This document shows positions 49,279-60,412 of a stretch of DNA of 64,000 bases, in pieces. Source of the stretch: Nostoc sp. (GTDB lineage Bacteria; Cyanobacteriota; Cyanobacteriia; Cyanobacteriales; Nostocaceae); assembly GCF_036917635.1 (NCBI RefSeq), contig NZ_JBALCW010000082.1, forward strand, positions 16,486 through 80,485. Reading direction: 5' to 3'. The notes beneath the pieces are model-generated. The model did not search any database. It was not told the DNA's origin and worked only from the letters and a program-made list of their open reading frames with translations. The first letter of the stretch is position 1. Each line of letters begins with the position of its first letter. Position numbers and translations under genes: made by a program.

Positions 49279-49408
49279 TTAGGGAACTCCAATAAATAAA
49301 TTATTCAATCTTGTGGGGTGGGCATCTTGCCCGCCCAATTCACAGGACGGGCAAGATGCCCATCCCACAAGAAATATTGTGATATTTTATTACTTGGAAG
49401 TCCCTTAG
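49279..49408. mobile_element. MITE-like element of the same terminal family as 1567-1738
   Basis: Termini TTAGGGAACTCCAATAAATAAA / TTTTATTACTTGGAAGTCCCTTAG. The interior is a long palindrome, CTTGTGGGGTGGGCATCTTGCCCGCCC..GGGCAAGATGCCCATCCCACAAG. Confidence 0.55.
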
Positions 49409-49410
49409 TG

Positions 49411-49447
49411 AATGCCCAATGCCCAATGCCCCATGCCCCATGCCCAT
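49411..49447. repeat. STRR heptamer tract (AATGCCC)
   Basis: Read directly. Confidence 0.85.
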
Positions 49448-49461
49448 CAAGTATTTAGAAT

Positions 49462-50199
49462 ATGTCATTTACTTCTATACCCTCGCTACGTGAACAACAA
49501 CATCCCCTAATTCGTCAGCTAGCTGATTGCATTGAGGCAGTTTGGCATCAGCATTTGGATCTATCACCCTACCATTTGCCTGATGAGTTGGGGTATGTGG
49601 AAGGTAGACTAGAAGGCGAAAAACTGACGATTGAAAACCGTTGCTATCAAACGCCCCAGTTCCGAAAAATGCACTTAGAACTAGCAAAAATCGGAAATAT
49701 GCTAGATATTTTGCACTGCGTCATGTTTCCCCGTCCAGAATACAACCTGCCGATGTTTGGTTGCGATTTAGTTGGGGGTAGAGGACAAATTAGTGCAGCG
49801 ATCGCAGACCTTTCTCCTATCCAATCAGAGCGCACTTTACCAGAATCTTATACTTTTGCACTGACACAGTTAACAGTGCTTAACTTTTCCCAACCCCGTG
49901 AATTACCTGAATGGGGAGATATTTTTTCGGATTTTTGTATCTTTGTGCGTCCCAGTTCCCCAGAAGAAGAAACAATGTTTCTCTCGCGGGTGCGAGAATT
50001 TTTAGATATTCATTGCACCCAAGCGATCGCCTCACATCCTGTTTCACCTGAACAAGTTACACAAAATCTCGCCGGACAACACAACTACTGCACCAAACAG
50101 CAGCAAAACGATAAAACCCGCCGCGTACTAGAAAAAGCCTTTGGCCTAGCTTGGGCAGAAAATTACATGACCAAAGTTTTATTCGACCTCCCAACTTAA
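49462..50199 (+). CDS. pcyA: phycocyanobilin:ferredoxin oxidoreductase
   Basis: 245 aa (...[28 protein letters not shown]...MFGCDLV...). Confidence 0.95.
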   Translation: MSFTSIPSLREQQHPLIRQLADCIEAVWHQHLDLSPYHLPDELGYVEGRLEGEKLTIENRCYQTPQFRKMHLELAKIGNMLDILHCVMFPRPEYNLPMFGCDLVGGRGQISAAIADLSPIQSERTLPESYTFALTQLTVLNFSQPRELPEWGDIFSDFCIFVRPSSPEEETMFLSRVREFLDIHCTQAIASHPVSPEQVTQNLAGQHNYCTKQQQNDKTRRVLEKAFGLAWAENYMTKVLFDLPT

Positions 50200-51066
50200 T
50201 CATCCCCTCATCTCCCCCATCTGTAGGCTCTGTTACGTTTTCGCGTAATGGATAAATGTAGAATTCATTCAACGAGAGTTTAATGGAGTCCCAAAACAGC
50301 AACAGGGAGAATAGTAAGGTCTTTGAAGCGAATATCACAAAATGGTTTGCTGTCTTGGTAGGTGCAAGCAACTAGCCCTACTAAGTCATTGACCAGAAAG
50401 TTAAGGAAACTCTAATGTTAGAAATGCTCAAGTTGACAGATATTTTTTAGTTAATTAATCCTTGATTCACTTAAGGAAGACTAACTTTTTTACCAAGATT
50501 GTACCCAGCAAAGGCAACAGTCTATTTTTGACGTTTCTTTTCGATTTTGTGACTAACTATAGCCCTAGTTAATCTAGCAGTAAAGTACCGCATCATACCA
50601 ATTTGGGATTTTGTGTAGAGAGATGAGATATCGCGTCTCTACATCTAGATTCATACTGCTTGTAAATTCTGCTAACTTCCATTGCACTCATGTCTCAATA
50701 ATACTCAGAGTTATTGAATAGCCCCCTACTATAGCGTTTCTCAGTATCAATACAGACCTAACAGGAACAGCCCCAACCCTTGTAGCGTTGGGGAGTAAGT
50801 AAGCTTCAAAGCCTCTCTCCTTAAAGCAAGAGAAAAATGGAAGTAAGGTCAAAATGTGTTGCATACAAACAAGCGACGCCGAATAGCCCGTCATAGACAT
50901 CGCTATAAGAAAACACTATTTTGTCAAACCATAGTGTTAAGCGTTCATCACACAATGGATTTTAAGCTTTAAACCACTGTTGTTTGTCCTAAGCGGCTGG
51001 CTGTTGATTAAAAACCTTTTTATTTTTACTTCCATCAGCACAATTCAGGTAAATGGGCAACATACT

Positions 51067-52491
51067 ATGTCAAGGGTGACTGAAAAGCCAAAGCCAACTG
51101 AGCAGGCATTTAATCAAGAACAACCTAAGATTTGGTGGGGTATCGCTGTAGCTGTGCCAATAGTAATCGCGGCTGGGATACTAGGTACAGCTAAAATCGA
51201 GCAGCTCAAGAAACTAACTACATCTGTTCCTGTAATGCCATCTACCAATAGCATTAGTGCTGTAGGGCGTTTGGAACCGCGAGGCGAAGTTGTTAAATTG
51301 TCTGCCCCATCATCAGGATTAGCACCATCGTCACGAATTCAGCAACTTTTGGTGAGAGAGGGTGAACAGGTAAAGCAAGGCCAAATTGTCGCAATTTTAG
51401 ACAACCGCGATACCCAAATCGCCGGACTACAAGAGGCAAAAGCCAAAGTCCAAGAAGCCCGTGCGAATTTAGCGCAAGTCAAAGCCGGATCTCCAAGAGA
51501 TATTCAAGCTCAAAGAGCGGTTATTGCTCGCCTACAAGCGCAGTTAATTGGGGAAAGCAATGCTCAAAAAGCGACGATCGCACGGATTGCAGCCCAGTTA
51601 AGTGGTGATAAACTTGTCCAACAAGCAACTGTGAATCGCTTAGAAGCTGAACTCAGTGGGCAAAGAGATACTCTTAGAGCAACGCTTACACGTACTCAAG
51701 CCGAACAGCGCAATGCTCAAGTCGATGCCGGACGTTATGATTATTTATACAAAGAAGGTGCTATTTCTCAGCAAGAGCGCGATAGAAGACGCTTGAGTGC
51801 AGTAACTTCTAATCAACAGGTGGCCGAAAGCCAAGCTACCTTAAAGCAAACATTGGCAACTCTACGACAGCAACTTGCCGAAGCCAGAGCTACCCAAATA
51901 CAAAATTTAGCAACTTTGCAACAGCAGCTAATCGAAGCCAAAGTTAACCGTGATAAAACTGTAGCAACTTTGCAAAGACAAATCGATGAAGAAAAGGCCA
52001 AACTGAGCAGAATTTTAGATGTTAGTCCTACCGATGTGCAAGTAGCGCAAGCCCAAGTTAGTAATGCGATCGCAAATATCAGAAAAGCCGAAGCACAACT
52101 AAGGTTAAGCTACGTTCAAGCACCAATCGCTGGAGAGATTTTAAAGATTTATACCAAATCAGGCGAAGCGATCGGTGCAAATGGCATTGCTGAAATTGGA
52201 CAAACTAGCCAAATGTTTGTGATTGCTGAAGTCCCTGAAGACAGTATTGGTAAAGTGCGTATTGGTCAAAATGCCACTATCAGCAGCGATAATGAAGCAT
52301 TTAGCGGCGAATTAAAGGGAACTGTTACTGAAATTGGCAGAAAAATTGGCAAAAAAGATGTATTGAATACAGATCCAGCAGCAGATGTCGATGCCAGAGT
52401 TGTAGAAGTGAAAATTGCTCTACCTCCAGCAGATAGCCAGAAAGTTTCTGGTTTAACTTACGCCAAAGTTGTTGTCGAAATTAATAATTAA
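51067..52491 (+). CDS. devB: ABC exporter membrane fusion protein, DevB family (HlyD-like)
   Basis: N-terminal TM segment, a long Gln/Ala coiled coil and a beta-barrel end. Start set at MSRVTEKPK (51067). Which DevB paralogue this is cannot be told from the sequence. Confidence 0.8.
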   Translation: MSRVTEKPKPTEQAFNQEQPKIWWGIAVAVPIVIAAGILGTAKIEQLKKLTTSVPVMPSTNSISAVGRLEPRGEVVKLSAPSSGLAPSSRIQQLLVREGEQVKQGQIVAILDNRDTQIAGLQEAKAKVQEARANLAQVKAGSPRDIQAQRAVIARLQAQLIGESNAQKATIARIAAQLSGDKLVQQATVNRLEAELSGQRDTLRATLTRTQAEQRNAQVDAGRYDYLYKEGAISQQERDRRRLSAVTSNQQVAESQATLKQTLATLRQQLAEARATQIQNLATLQQQLIEAKVNRDKTVATLQRQIDEEKAKLSRILDVSPTDVQVAQAQVSNAIANIRKAEAQLRLSYVQAPIAGEILKIYTKSGEAIGANGIAEIGQTSQMFVIAEVPEDSIGKVRIGQNATISSDNEAFSGELKGTVTEIGRKIGKKDVLNTDPAADVDARVVEVKIALPPADSQKVSGLTYAKVVVEINN

Positions 52492-52524
52492 TTACGAATT
52501 ACGAACTACGAACTACGAATTATT
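52489..52524. repeat. STRR heptamer tract (ACGAATT/ACGAACT)
   Basis: Read directly, between devB and devC. Confidence 0.85.
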
Positions 52525-52549
52525 TGAACTCTGCTTGGATGCCTATAAA

Positions 52550-53704
52550 ATGACTCAAAAAATACCTCTGTCGTGGCTACAACTGACAAGAGAAAAAACT
52601 CGCCTAGCTGTAGCTTTAGCAGGAATTGCTTTCGCTGATATCTTAATGTTTATGCAACTCGGCTTCCGAGATGCTTTGTATTATAGTAACGTTCGATTCC
52701 ATAACAGCTTGCAAGGCGATATTGTTTTAATTAACAGTCAATCTAGCGCTATCCTGGCGATGAGGGGTTTTTCTCAACGGCGGTTATATAAAGCTTTAGA
52801 GTTACCCGCAGTCCAATCAGTACATCCAATATATTTGGACTTTACAATCTGGAAAAATCCTGTAACAGGCCGTCCTCGCAGTATCTTGATATTTGGCATG
52901 AACCCAGAAAGTAATCTAGTTAATTTACCTGGAGTTCCAGAAAATTTAAATAAACTTAAATTACCTGATGTAGTTTTATTTGATCGTTCTTCTCGGCTAG
53001 AATATGGGCCAATTGTTACTAATTATGAACAAGGAAAGACTGTAACAGCAGAAGTGCGAAGGCGGCGAATTAAAGTAGAAGGACTATTTACATTAGGTGC
53101 ATCATTTGGTGCAGATGGAAATTTAATTACAAGTGATATTAACTTTCTGCGAATATTCAGCAATCGTCAACCAGGATTAATTGATATCGGACTGATTAGA
53201 TTAAAACCGGGGGCTGATGCTAACATTGTTGCCCAAGAACTACGAAAGTATTTACCTAAAGAGGTCAATGTTTTAACTAAGCAAGAATTTATTGATTTTG
53301 AGCGGAATTATTGGGCAAATAGTACAGCTATTGGGTTTATTTTCACATTAGGGACTGTCATGGGTTTCATTGTGGGGACTGTGATTGTTTATCAAATTCT
53401 TTATACAGAAGTTGCAGATCATTTAGCTGAATACGCTACTCTCAAGGCAATAGGTTACACACAAAAATATTTATTAACAGTCATTCTTCAAGAGGCTTTG
53501 CTGTTAGCCATTTTAGGATATTTTCCTGGGATAGTTTTTGCTTTTTTTATGTATGACAGCGCTAAAAAGGCAACACTTTTACCAGTTTTTATGAGTTTTG
53601 ACCGAGCGGTAATGGTGTTAATTTTGACTATACTAATGTGCATTATTTCTGGAGCGATCGCAGTCCGAAAATTAAGTTCTGCCGATCCAGCAGATATATT
53701 TTAA
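52550..53704 (+). CDS. devC: ABC exporter permease, DevC family (FtsX-like)
   Basis: 384 aa. N-terminal TM segment, a large periplasmic loop and three C-terminal TM segments. Start set at MTQKIPLSWLQ (52550). Confidence 0.85.
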   Translation: MTQKIPLSWLQLTREKTRLAVALAGIAFADILMFMQLGFRDALYYSNVRFHNSLQGDIVLINSQSSAILAMRGFSQRRLYKALELPAVQSVHPIYLDFTIWKNPVTGRPRSILIFGMNPESNLVNLPGVPENLNKLKLPDVVLFDRSSRLEYGPIVTNYEQGKTVTAEVRRRRIKVEGLFTLGASFGADGNLITSDINFLRIFSNRQPGLIDIGLIRLKPGADANIVAQELRKYLPKEVNVLTKQEFIDFERNYWANSTAIGFIFTLGTVMGFIVGTVIVYQILYTEVADHLAEYATLKAIGYTQKYLLTVILQEALLLAILGYFPGIVFAFFMYDSAKKATLLPVFMSFDRAVMVLILTILMCIISGAIAVRKLSSADPADIF

Positions 53705-53843
53705 TTAATTTAATCTTAATTAAAATATATTTTCTAAAAAACCTAGTTTACAATTAACAATAAATAAAAATTTATTCTGATTAGGTACTACAGTTAAAAT
53801 TAAAATAAAACTCAAAAATGCTAAAGTTATAAGTAATAAAAAC

Positions 53844-54554
53844 ATGATCAAAAAACAACCTGTAATTGCCATTAAAAATCTCAACCACTACTATGGCAAA
53901 GGCGCACTGAGAAAACAGATATTATTTGACATCAACCTAGAAATTTATCCAGGTGAAATTGTAATTATGACCGGGCCATCAGGTTCAGGTAAAACCACAT
54001 TACTGAGCTTAATTGGGGGTTTGCGGTCTGTACAAGAGGGAAGTTTAAAATTTTTAGGTGAAGAACTCGTTGGCGTCAGTCAAAACAAACTGGTGCAGAT
54101 GCGACGCAACATTGGTTATATTTTCCAAGCTCACAATTTGCTAGGGTTTTTGACAGCAAAACAAAATGTGCAAATGGCGGTAGAATTGAATGATAATATT
54201 TCTCAAGCAGAAGCAGTGGCTAAATCAAAAGCCATGCTGGGGTCTGTTGGTCTAGAAAAACGAGTTGATTACTATCCAGACAATCTTTCTGGTGGACAGA
54301 AACAAAGAATTGCGATCGCCCGCGCCTTAGTTAATCATCCCCCACTGGTGCTAGCAGACGAACCAACAGCAGCATTAGACAAACAATCAGGACGCGATGT
54401 CGTGGAAATAATGCAAAGTTTAGCCAAAAATCAAGGAACTACTATCTTATTAGTGACACACGACAACCGCATTTTAGACATAGCCGATCGCATCGTAGAA
54501 ATGGAAGATGGTCTTTTAACCCGTAATTCCCCCAATGCAGCTATTGGGTCATGA
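53844..54554 (+). CDS. devA: ABC exporter ATP-binding protein, DevA family
   Basis: Walker A GPSGSGKT, signature LSGGQKQR, Walker B LVLADEPT. Confidence 0.9.
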   Translation: MIKKQPVIAIKNLNHYYGKGALRKQILFDINLEIYPGEIVIMTGPSGSGKTTLLSLIGGLRSVQEGSLKFLGEELVGVSQNKLVQMRRNIGYIFQAHNLLGFLTAKQNVQMAVELNDNISQAEAVAKSKAMLGSVGLEKRVDYYPDNLSGGQKQRIAIARALVNHPPLVLADEPTAALDKQSGRDVVEIMQSLAKNQGTTILLVTHDNRILDIADRIVEMEDGLLTRNSPNAAIGS

Positions 54555-54620
54555 TTTTAGTCATTAGTCATTTATCCTTTGTGAATGACCGAATTTTAGA
54601 TTTTAAATTTTGGATAATAG
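54554..54620. repeat. STRR tracts (TCATTAG, then TTTTAGA/TTTTAAA)
   Basis: Read directly. Confidence 0.8.
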
Positions 54621-54682
54621 AATTGAAGATTCAAAATCCAAACTTTAAAAAGGGTTACAAGCCCCCGAATTTAAACGCGCAA

Positions 54683-54731
54683 ACAAATCTAAAATCCAAA
54701 ATCTAAAATTGTTTGACCAATGACTAATAAC
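54683..54731. repeat. STRR tracts (AAAATCT, then CTAATGA-type), inverted relative to 54554-54620
   Basis: Read directly. Confidence 0.8.
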
Positions 54732-54740
54732 AACCATAAT

Positions 54741-55559
54741 TTATTGTCTAGCCGAGCCTGATTTTTTCATTCCAGGTGGGTTTGGCGGAATTGGGGTATT
54801 TGGTTGGCGACTAGTACGAAAAGTCACATTAACGCCTTCATTTGATTGCTCCAGCACCAGTAGAGGCGTAGGTTTAGCTTTTTGATCCCAATGCATAGTA
54901 GCAATCCGACCTTGAATTGTTGGTTGCCAACTATCTTCGTTTTCTGTGGGGCTTAGGTAAGTTTCTATACAGTCAATAATTTGACTAATAGTTGCAGAAG
55001 TCGCTTGCGTCGGTAACTTCATTAACCGGATTTGAATCCGAAAAAGTACTCTTTTAGCACAGTTCGGCGGAGTACCAGTTTCATACTCTACATCAAAAAT
55101 TTCATCTACTTGCCGTGCAGCGTTATTAGCAATTCCGACTGAGCCAAGTTGTGCTTGATTTGGACGCAGGGCTTGAGTAACTTTTTCTTTGATCTGAATC
55201 TTCACTTGATTAAGGATTGCAAAATGAAACACTTCTTCTGCCATTCGCATTCGCAGATAATCCAGGTTAAAGTCCCGTGAGTTGACCAAATCGGGATTGG
55301 TTTCCATTTTGCGAATCGTTTCCAGCGCCAGCTTAAATTTTTTATCTAATTCTCGCGCACGGAATTGTTCAAACTTAAGTTTTTTCTCCAGCTTATTCAT
55401 CTGGAGCTTACTATACACTATCATTGCAATCACCGCTAAAGCCAGTCCTCCAGAAGTTGCCAGCAATAATACTGGTATTTGAGGATTACTTGCTGGCACT
55501 TCCTGGGATGCGTTTTTAGGCTTTCCTGGGGTTTGGGCAAGAAATATCGAAGTGGACAT
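54741..55559 (-). CDS. conserved hypothetical membrane-anchored protein
   Basis: Start set at MSTSIFLAQ (complement 55559). One TM segment, then a coiled-coil region. Confidence 0.6.
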   Translation of the reverse strand: MSTSIFLAQTPGKPKNASQEVPASNPQIPVLLLATSGGLALAVIAMIVYSKLQMNKLEKKLKFEQFRARELDKKFKLALETIRKMETNPDLVNSRDFNLDYLRMRMAEEVFHFAILNQVKIQIKEKVTQALRPNQAQLGSVGIANNAARQVDEIFDVEYETGTPPNCAKRVLFRIQIRLMKLPTQATSATISQIIDCIETYLSPTENEDSWQPTIQGRIATMHWDQKAKPTPLLVLEQSNEGVNVTFRTSRQPNTPIPPNPPGMKKSGSARQ

Positions 55560-55663
55560 GATTGGAAACTGAAAAACTTGACTCCTGATGTTTAGGATGC
55601 CCAAATCTTCAATCCCATCTTGCTGTATGATTAATATTTTTTACAGCCTTTTACAAATTACGT

Positions 55664-56461
55664 ATGTCCAGACACCAGAGCATCCCTGCCCTGCCTGAGT
55701 TTTCATCTACAAGCTTTCTTCATATTCGTCTGATAGCCACAGATATGGATGGCACCCTGACTAGACGAGGAAAATTTACTCCCGCACTACTGCAAGCTTT
55801 AGAAGATTTAGCCGCAGCTAACATTAAGGTGCTAATTGTCACAGGACGTTCTGCTGGGTGGGTGAGTGGATTAAGTGCGATTATGCCAGTCGCAGGTGCG
55901 ATCGCCGAAAATGGCGGTTTGTACTTTCCACCTGCGAACCACAAACCAGTAATTTTAACACCCATTCTTGATTTAGCTCAACATCGCCAGCACTTGGCTA
56001 CAACTTTTGAAAATTTACAAACCAAATTTCCCCAAATTCAAGAATCTGCTGATAATCGCTTTCGCATCACTGACTGGACTTTTGATGTAGCTGGTTTGGA
56101 TCAAGATCAACTACAAACCCTAGACAATCTCTGTCAACAAATGGGTTGGGGATTTACCTATAGCAACGTGCAGTGTCACATTAAACCTCAAGGGCAAGAT
56201 AAAGCTGTAGGATTGTTGCAGGTATTGCGCGAATATTTACCCCAGTACTCACCAGAACAAATTATTACTGTTGGCGATAGCCCCAATGATGAAAGTTTAT
56301 TTGATCGGCGTTATTTTCCTATTTCTGTAGGCGTGGCGAATGTTCTGGAATATGTGAATCAGTTGAAATATCACCCTGCTTACATTACCACTGCTGCCGA
56401 AGGGGAAGGATTTTGTGAGTTATCTAGTTATATTTTGAAAAGCTTGCACATTTCAACTTAG
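55664..56461 (+). CDS. HAD-IIB family hydrolase (sugar-phosphate phosphatase type)
   Basis: DxD motif IATDMDGTL, plus GDSPNDESLF. Confidence 0.8.
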   Translation: MSRHQSIPALPEFSSTSFLHIRLIATDMDGTLTRRGKFTPALLQALEDLAAANIKVLIVTGRSAGWVSGLSAIMPVAGAIAENGGLYFPPANHKPVILTPILDLAQHRQHLATTFENLQTKFPQIQESADNRFRITDWTFDVAGLDQDQLQTLDNLCQQMGWGFTYSNVQCHIKPQGQDKAVGLLQVLREYLPQYSPEQIITVGDSPNDESLFDRRYFPISVGVANVLEYVNQLKYHPAYITTAAEGEGFCELSSYILKSLHIST

Positions 56462-56511
56462 ACAGAAGTAGAGTTATTCTACAATAATCTTGTAGCACTG
56501 ATTTTACAACC

Positions 56512-57279
56512 ATGACGGCTACTTTACCAGTTAGTGTCGAATCAGAAATTTTCTATCCCAGTGCTGATGGTCAACCAGTGGCAGAAACCTATGACCACCT
56601 TTATGCCTTGCTAACTACCTTGGAAGTCCTAAAACAGTATCTGGCAAATCGTCAGGCAACAGTATTGGGAAATCAATTTCTTTACTATGCACAAGGCTTT
56701 CCCAAGTTGCGGGTAGCCCCAGATGTGATGGTGATTTTTGATGTTGCACCTGGTGGTCGGGACAACTATAAAATCTGGGAAGAGGGTCAAGTACCTATAG
56801 TTATTTTTGAAATGACATCCTTTGCTACTAAGGGACAAGATGAAATCTTCAAAAAGACTCTCTATGAGCAGCTAGGTGTCAAGGAATACTGGCTATTTGA
56901 CCCTAAAGGTGAGTGGGTGGAACAACAGTTACGTGGCTATCGCTTGCGGGGAGAAATCTACGAACCCATACAGGATGGACGCAGTGAACCGCTACAACTG
57001 CGCTTGGTGATTGAGGGAAGGTTAATTGGGTTTTACCCTGAGGATACAGGGGAAAAATTACTCATCCCTGATGAACTGGTACAGGTTTTACAGCAGGAAG
57101 TTTTAGCAAGACAACAAGCAGAAGTACTTGTAGAACAAGAACGCCAAAGAGCAGAACAAGAACGCCAAAGAGCAGAACAGGCAGAATTGCAGATAGAACA
57201 GTTAAAGGCAAGGTTGCGTTCGCCCTTGGCGTTGGCGCAGCCATCGCTCAATGTAGACCCTGATACTATTCAGCTATAA
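56512..57279 (+). CDS. Uma2 family endonuclease with a C-terminal coiled-coil repeat extension
   Basis: Uma2 core (APDVMVIFD...IVIFEMTS...EYWLFDP), followed by EQERQRAEQERQRAEQ encoded by a 21-bp tandem duplication. Confidence 0.8.
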   Translation: MTATLPVSVESEIFYPSADGQPVAETYDHLYALLTTLEVLKQYLANRQATVLGNQFLYYAQGFPKLRVAPDVMVIFDVAPGGRDNYKIWEEGQVPIVIFEMTSFATKGQDEIFKKTLYEQLGVKEYWLFDPKGEWVEQQLRGYRLRGEIYEPIQDGRSEPLQLRLVIEGRLIGFYPEDTGEKLLIPDELVQVLQQEVLARQQAEVLVEQERQRAEQERQRAEQAELQIEQLKARLRSPLALAQPSLNVDPDTIQL

Positions 57280-57399
57280 CTCTTCCAAATATGCTAACCT
57301 AGTATGGTTAACTAATCTCGCACATCTGAGAATTCGGGTGTTTCCCAATTGGGAAATGCACTTGGATGGAGGTTTAACCCGAATCGGAGTTAAAAATAT

Positions 57400-58194
57400 A
57401 TGCCAGTAGTTTCATTGGCTCAAATGATGGAGTCAGGGGTTCACTTTGGGCATCAGACCCGGCGTTGGAACCCAAAAATGTCTCCTTACATTTATACTTC
57501 CCGCAATGGTGTGCATATCATCGACTTGGTGCAAACTGCCCAATTGATGGATAATGCCTATAACTACATGCGATCGCACGCAGAACAAGGGAAGAAATTT
57601 CTTTTCGTCGGCACCAAGCGCCAAGCAGCCGGAATTATTGCCCAAGAAGCCAGCCGTTGTGGTTCCCACTACATTAACCAACGCTGGTTGGGCGGAATGT
57701 TGACCAACTGGGCAACCATCAAAACACGGGTAGACCGTCTGAAAGATTTAGAACGCCGTGAAGAAACTGGCGCACTAGATTTATTACCGAAAAAAGAAGC
57801 ATCAATGCTACGTCGGGAAATGACGAAGCTTCAGAAATACTTAGGCGGCATTAAAACAATGCGAAAAGTCCCCGATATCGTGGTAATTGTAGACCAACGG
57901 CGGGAATATAACGCAGTTCAAGAATGCCAAAAGCTGAATATTCCCATTGTGTCTATGTTGGATACAAACTGTGACCCAGATGTAGTAGATATCCCCATCC
58001 CAGCAAACGACGATGCTATCAGGTCAATTAAGCTGATAGTCGGAAAATTGGCGGATGCCATTTATGAAGGTCGTCACGGTCAGCTGGAGGCTGAAGAGGA
58101 TTACGAAGATTACGACGGTGGTGAGTATGACGAAGACTACGAAGAAACCGAATATACTGACGCCGTAATTCCCGACGAGGAAACAGAAGAATAA
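57400..58194 (+). CDS. rpsB: 30S ribosomal protein S2
   Basis: [27 protein letters not shown]... with an acidic C-terminal tail. Confidence 0.95.
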   Translation: MPVVSLAQMMESGVHFGHQTRRWNPKMSPYIYTSRNGVHIIDLVQTAQLMDNAYNYMRSHAEQGKKFLFVGTKRQAAGIIAQEASRCGSHYINQRWLGGMLTNWATIKTRVDRLKDLERREETGALDLLPKKEASMLRREMTKLQKYLGGIKTMRKVPDIVVIVDQRREYNAVQECQKLNIPIVSMLDTNCDPDVVDIPIPANDDAIRSIKLIVGKLADAIYEGRHGQLEAEEDYEDYDGGEYDEDYEETEYTDAVIPDEETEE

Positions 58195-58414
58195 GTAAAG
58201 CAGGGGTCAAGGAACTGCTCCGTTGGAGGGCGGTGGCTGGCACAGTAGCAGCAAGCCGCCCTACAAAAACGGCAAATCGGAGGCTAAGGTAGAGGCAAAA
58301 AAAAGTCATACCTTATAACTTGATTATTTTTTCTACCCCACCCCTGAGTAAGATAGAAATACTCAACACCCGTGAGCGATTACAACTCGAGGTCAAGTTA
58401 GGAATTGAGGCAAC

Positions 58415-59359
58415 ATGGCGGAAATATCTGCAAAACTCGTCCAAGAGCTACGCCAAAAAACTGGTGCCGGCATGATGGACTGCAAAAAGGCGCTGATAGA
58501 GACTGAAGGCAACGTAGAAGAAGCCGCAGACTGGCTACGGAAAAAGGGCATCTCTAAAGCGGGGGCAAAAAGCGATCGCATTGCGGCAGAAGGTCTAGTA
58601 GACACTTACATTCAGCCCGGTGGTCGAGTTGGTGTACTGATCGAAGTCAACTGCCAAACCGACTTTGTTGCTCGTAATGAGGCTTTTAAAGCTTTAGTTA
58701 AGAATCTAGCAAAGCAAGCAGCTACTGCTAATAGTGTTGAGTCTTTGTTGGCTCAACCCTATATTGATAATGAAAATGCGACTGTAGAAGAATTCATCAA
58801 GCAAACCATTGCCACCCTCGGTGAAAACATTCAAGTGCGTCGCTTTGTCAATTTTGCACTAGCAGAAGGCACGCAAGGTGTAGTAGACAGCTACATTCAC
58901 ACTGGCGGTCGAGTTGGTGTATTGGTAGAACTGGGTTCTCAAACTGAGTCAGCCGCTACCAATCAAGAGTTCCAAACCTTGGCACGGAACACTGCAATGC
59001 AAGTTGCGGCTTGTCCAAATGTCGAGTATGTGAGCGTAGACCAAATTCCCCCCGAAGTTGCCCAAAAGGAAAAAGATATTGAAATGGGCAAGGATGATTT
59101 GGCGAACAAGCCAGATAACATCAAAGAAAAAATTGTTCAGGGACGAATTGAAAAACGCCTGAAAGAATTGACTTTGATCGATCAGCCTTACATTCGCGAT
59201 CAAAGTATTTCTGTGGAAGACCTCTTGAAGCAAGCAAAGGCTCAATTAGGCGAAGAGATTCATGTGAGCCGTTTTGTCCGCTACATACTGGGCGAAGGCA
59301 TTGAAAAGCAAGAAATTAGCTTTGCTGATGAAGTCGCTGCACAAATGGGTACTAAGTAA
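58415..59359 (+). CDS. tsf: translation elongation factor Ts
   Basis: [27 protein letters not shown]... Confidence 0.95.
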   Translation: MAEISAKLVQELRQKTGAGMMDCKKALIETEGNVEEAADWLRKKGISKAGAKSDRIAAEGLVDTYIQPGGRVGVLIEVNCQTDFVARNEAFKALVKNLAKQAATANSVESLLAQPYIDNENATVEEFIKQTIATLGENIQVRRFVNFALAEGTQGVVDSYIHTGGRVGVLVELGSQTESAATNQEFQTLARNTAMQVAACPNVEYVSVDQIPPEVAQKEKDIEMGKDDLANKPDNIKEKIVQGRIEKRLKELTLIDQPYIRDQSISVEDLLKQAKAQLGEEIHVSRFVRYILGEGIEKQEISFADEVAAQMGTK

Positions 59360-59360
59360 T

Positions 59361-59433
59361 ATTAGTTAGGAGTTAGGAGTTAGGAGTTAATAGGAAGTTG
59401 CTTCATAATTCATAACTCATAATTCTTAACTGC
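59361..59433. repeat. STRR tracts (TTAGGAG, then inverted ATAACTC-type)
   Basis: Read directly. Confidence 0.85.
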
Positions 59434-59593
59434 TTAAAGAACAGGTCAAGCAAATAGCCTGACCTGTTTTTTTTTAGTAGAGACACGAAATATCGCATTT
59501 AATTTAAAATATAAAATCCTCTGGAAAGTTCTTATAAAATAAAATTGTACATTTGTACTATGTAATAGTTCACATGGGCAAGAACGAAAAGAT

Positions 59594-60412
59594 ATGGCAA
59601 GAGCAATCGAGCGAATTGAACGGGATATTGCAGGAATAAAAGAAGCGATTAGGGCGATCGCAGTAGAACTACAAAACGCTTATGCTAGTTATCTAAACAC
59701 CCTGGGGCTAGCTGTACGAAAACAGTTGATTCTGGCGAGTTACCACCTTTGTACTCAGGGGTATCCTGAAAACTTTCTGCATTTGTCATTGAATCAGCGC
59801 CAGCAATTGCAACAAGCTATCCGTAAGTTAGGGCAAGTGGCGGCAGAGCAGTTGCTTGCTTGTATTAAAGTTGGGGGAGATGAGGGGGATGAGGGAGTAA
59901 CATCCTCTTTATCTTCTGGGCTTCTGGATACCTCTAATTCTCAATCTTTGGGCGCCGACACCTCTAATCCTATAGAACTAGTAAAATGGCAACAGAATTT
60001 AGAAGAGGTCACGCAAGATATACTGAAAAAACTTTCGCATGATGCTAATATTTTAATCCAAAAATCTGGGGTATTACCTAAAAAACTACCAGAACCGATT
60101 TTAGCAGCTGCGGCTGCGGCGGCATCAGAAGCCTCTGGTGAGGTTATGCCAGGGCCACCCAACTTATTAAACTTAGTAATTGAAATTGAAAATGAGCAGC
60201 AGTCAGAAGATTCTGGACTGACGCAAGTTATGGCTATTAACCTGCGGCTAGGAGAAATTGAATTTGCTGATGTAACACTCTCATCTGAGCGCAGGCAAAT
60301 CCGCAGTATTTTAGTTCAGGTAAACAAGCTAGGACGGGAGTATCAAAAGAAACATAGAGAAAGAGCGATCGCTGAAGCTGAAGCTGCATGGCGTGCTAGT
60401 TGGTTTGAATAA
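59594..60412 (+). CDS. conserved hypothetical protein
   Basis: 272 aa. Contains an STRR-like coding insert (GGDEGDEG, 59872-59900) and an Ala run. Confidence 0.6.
   Translation: MARAIERIERDIAGIKEAIRAIAVELQNAYASYLNTLGLAVRKQLILASYHLCTQGYPENFLHLSLNQRQQLQQAIRKLGQVAAEQLLACIKVGGDEGDEGVTSSLSSGLLDTSNSQSLGADTSNPIELVKWQQNLEEVTQDILKKLSHDANILIQKSGVLPKKLPEPILAAAAAAASEASGEVMPGPPNLLNLVIEIENEQQSEDSGLTQVMAINLRLGEIEFADVTLSSERRQIRSILVQVNKLGREYQKKHRERAIAEAEAAWRASWFE

Noticed and set aside
50980-51066. The 5' extensions of the track ORFs for devB (50980), devC (52469), ispG (7314), ctp (5731), chlB (25586), amine oxidase (22052), maf (48620), Nif3 (10293), cobH (43215) and TPM (42251).
   Set aside because: The extensions are non-ATG starts or hydrophobic/low-complexity read-through of intergenic repeats. 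Internal ATGs give N-termini that match the known families.
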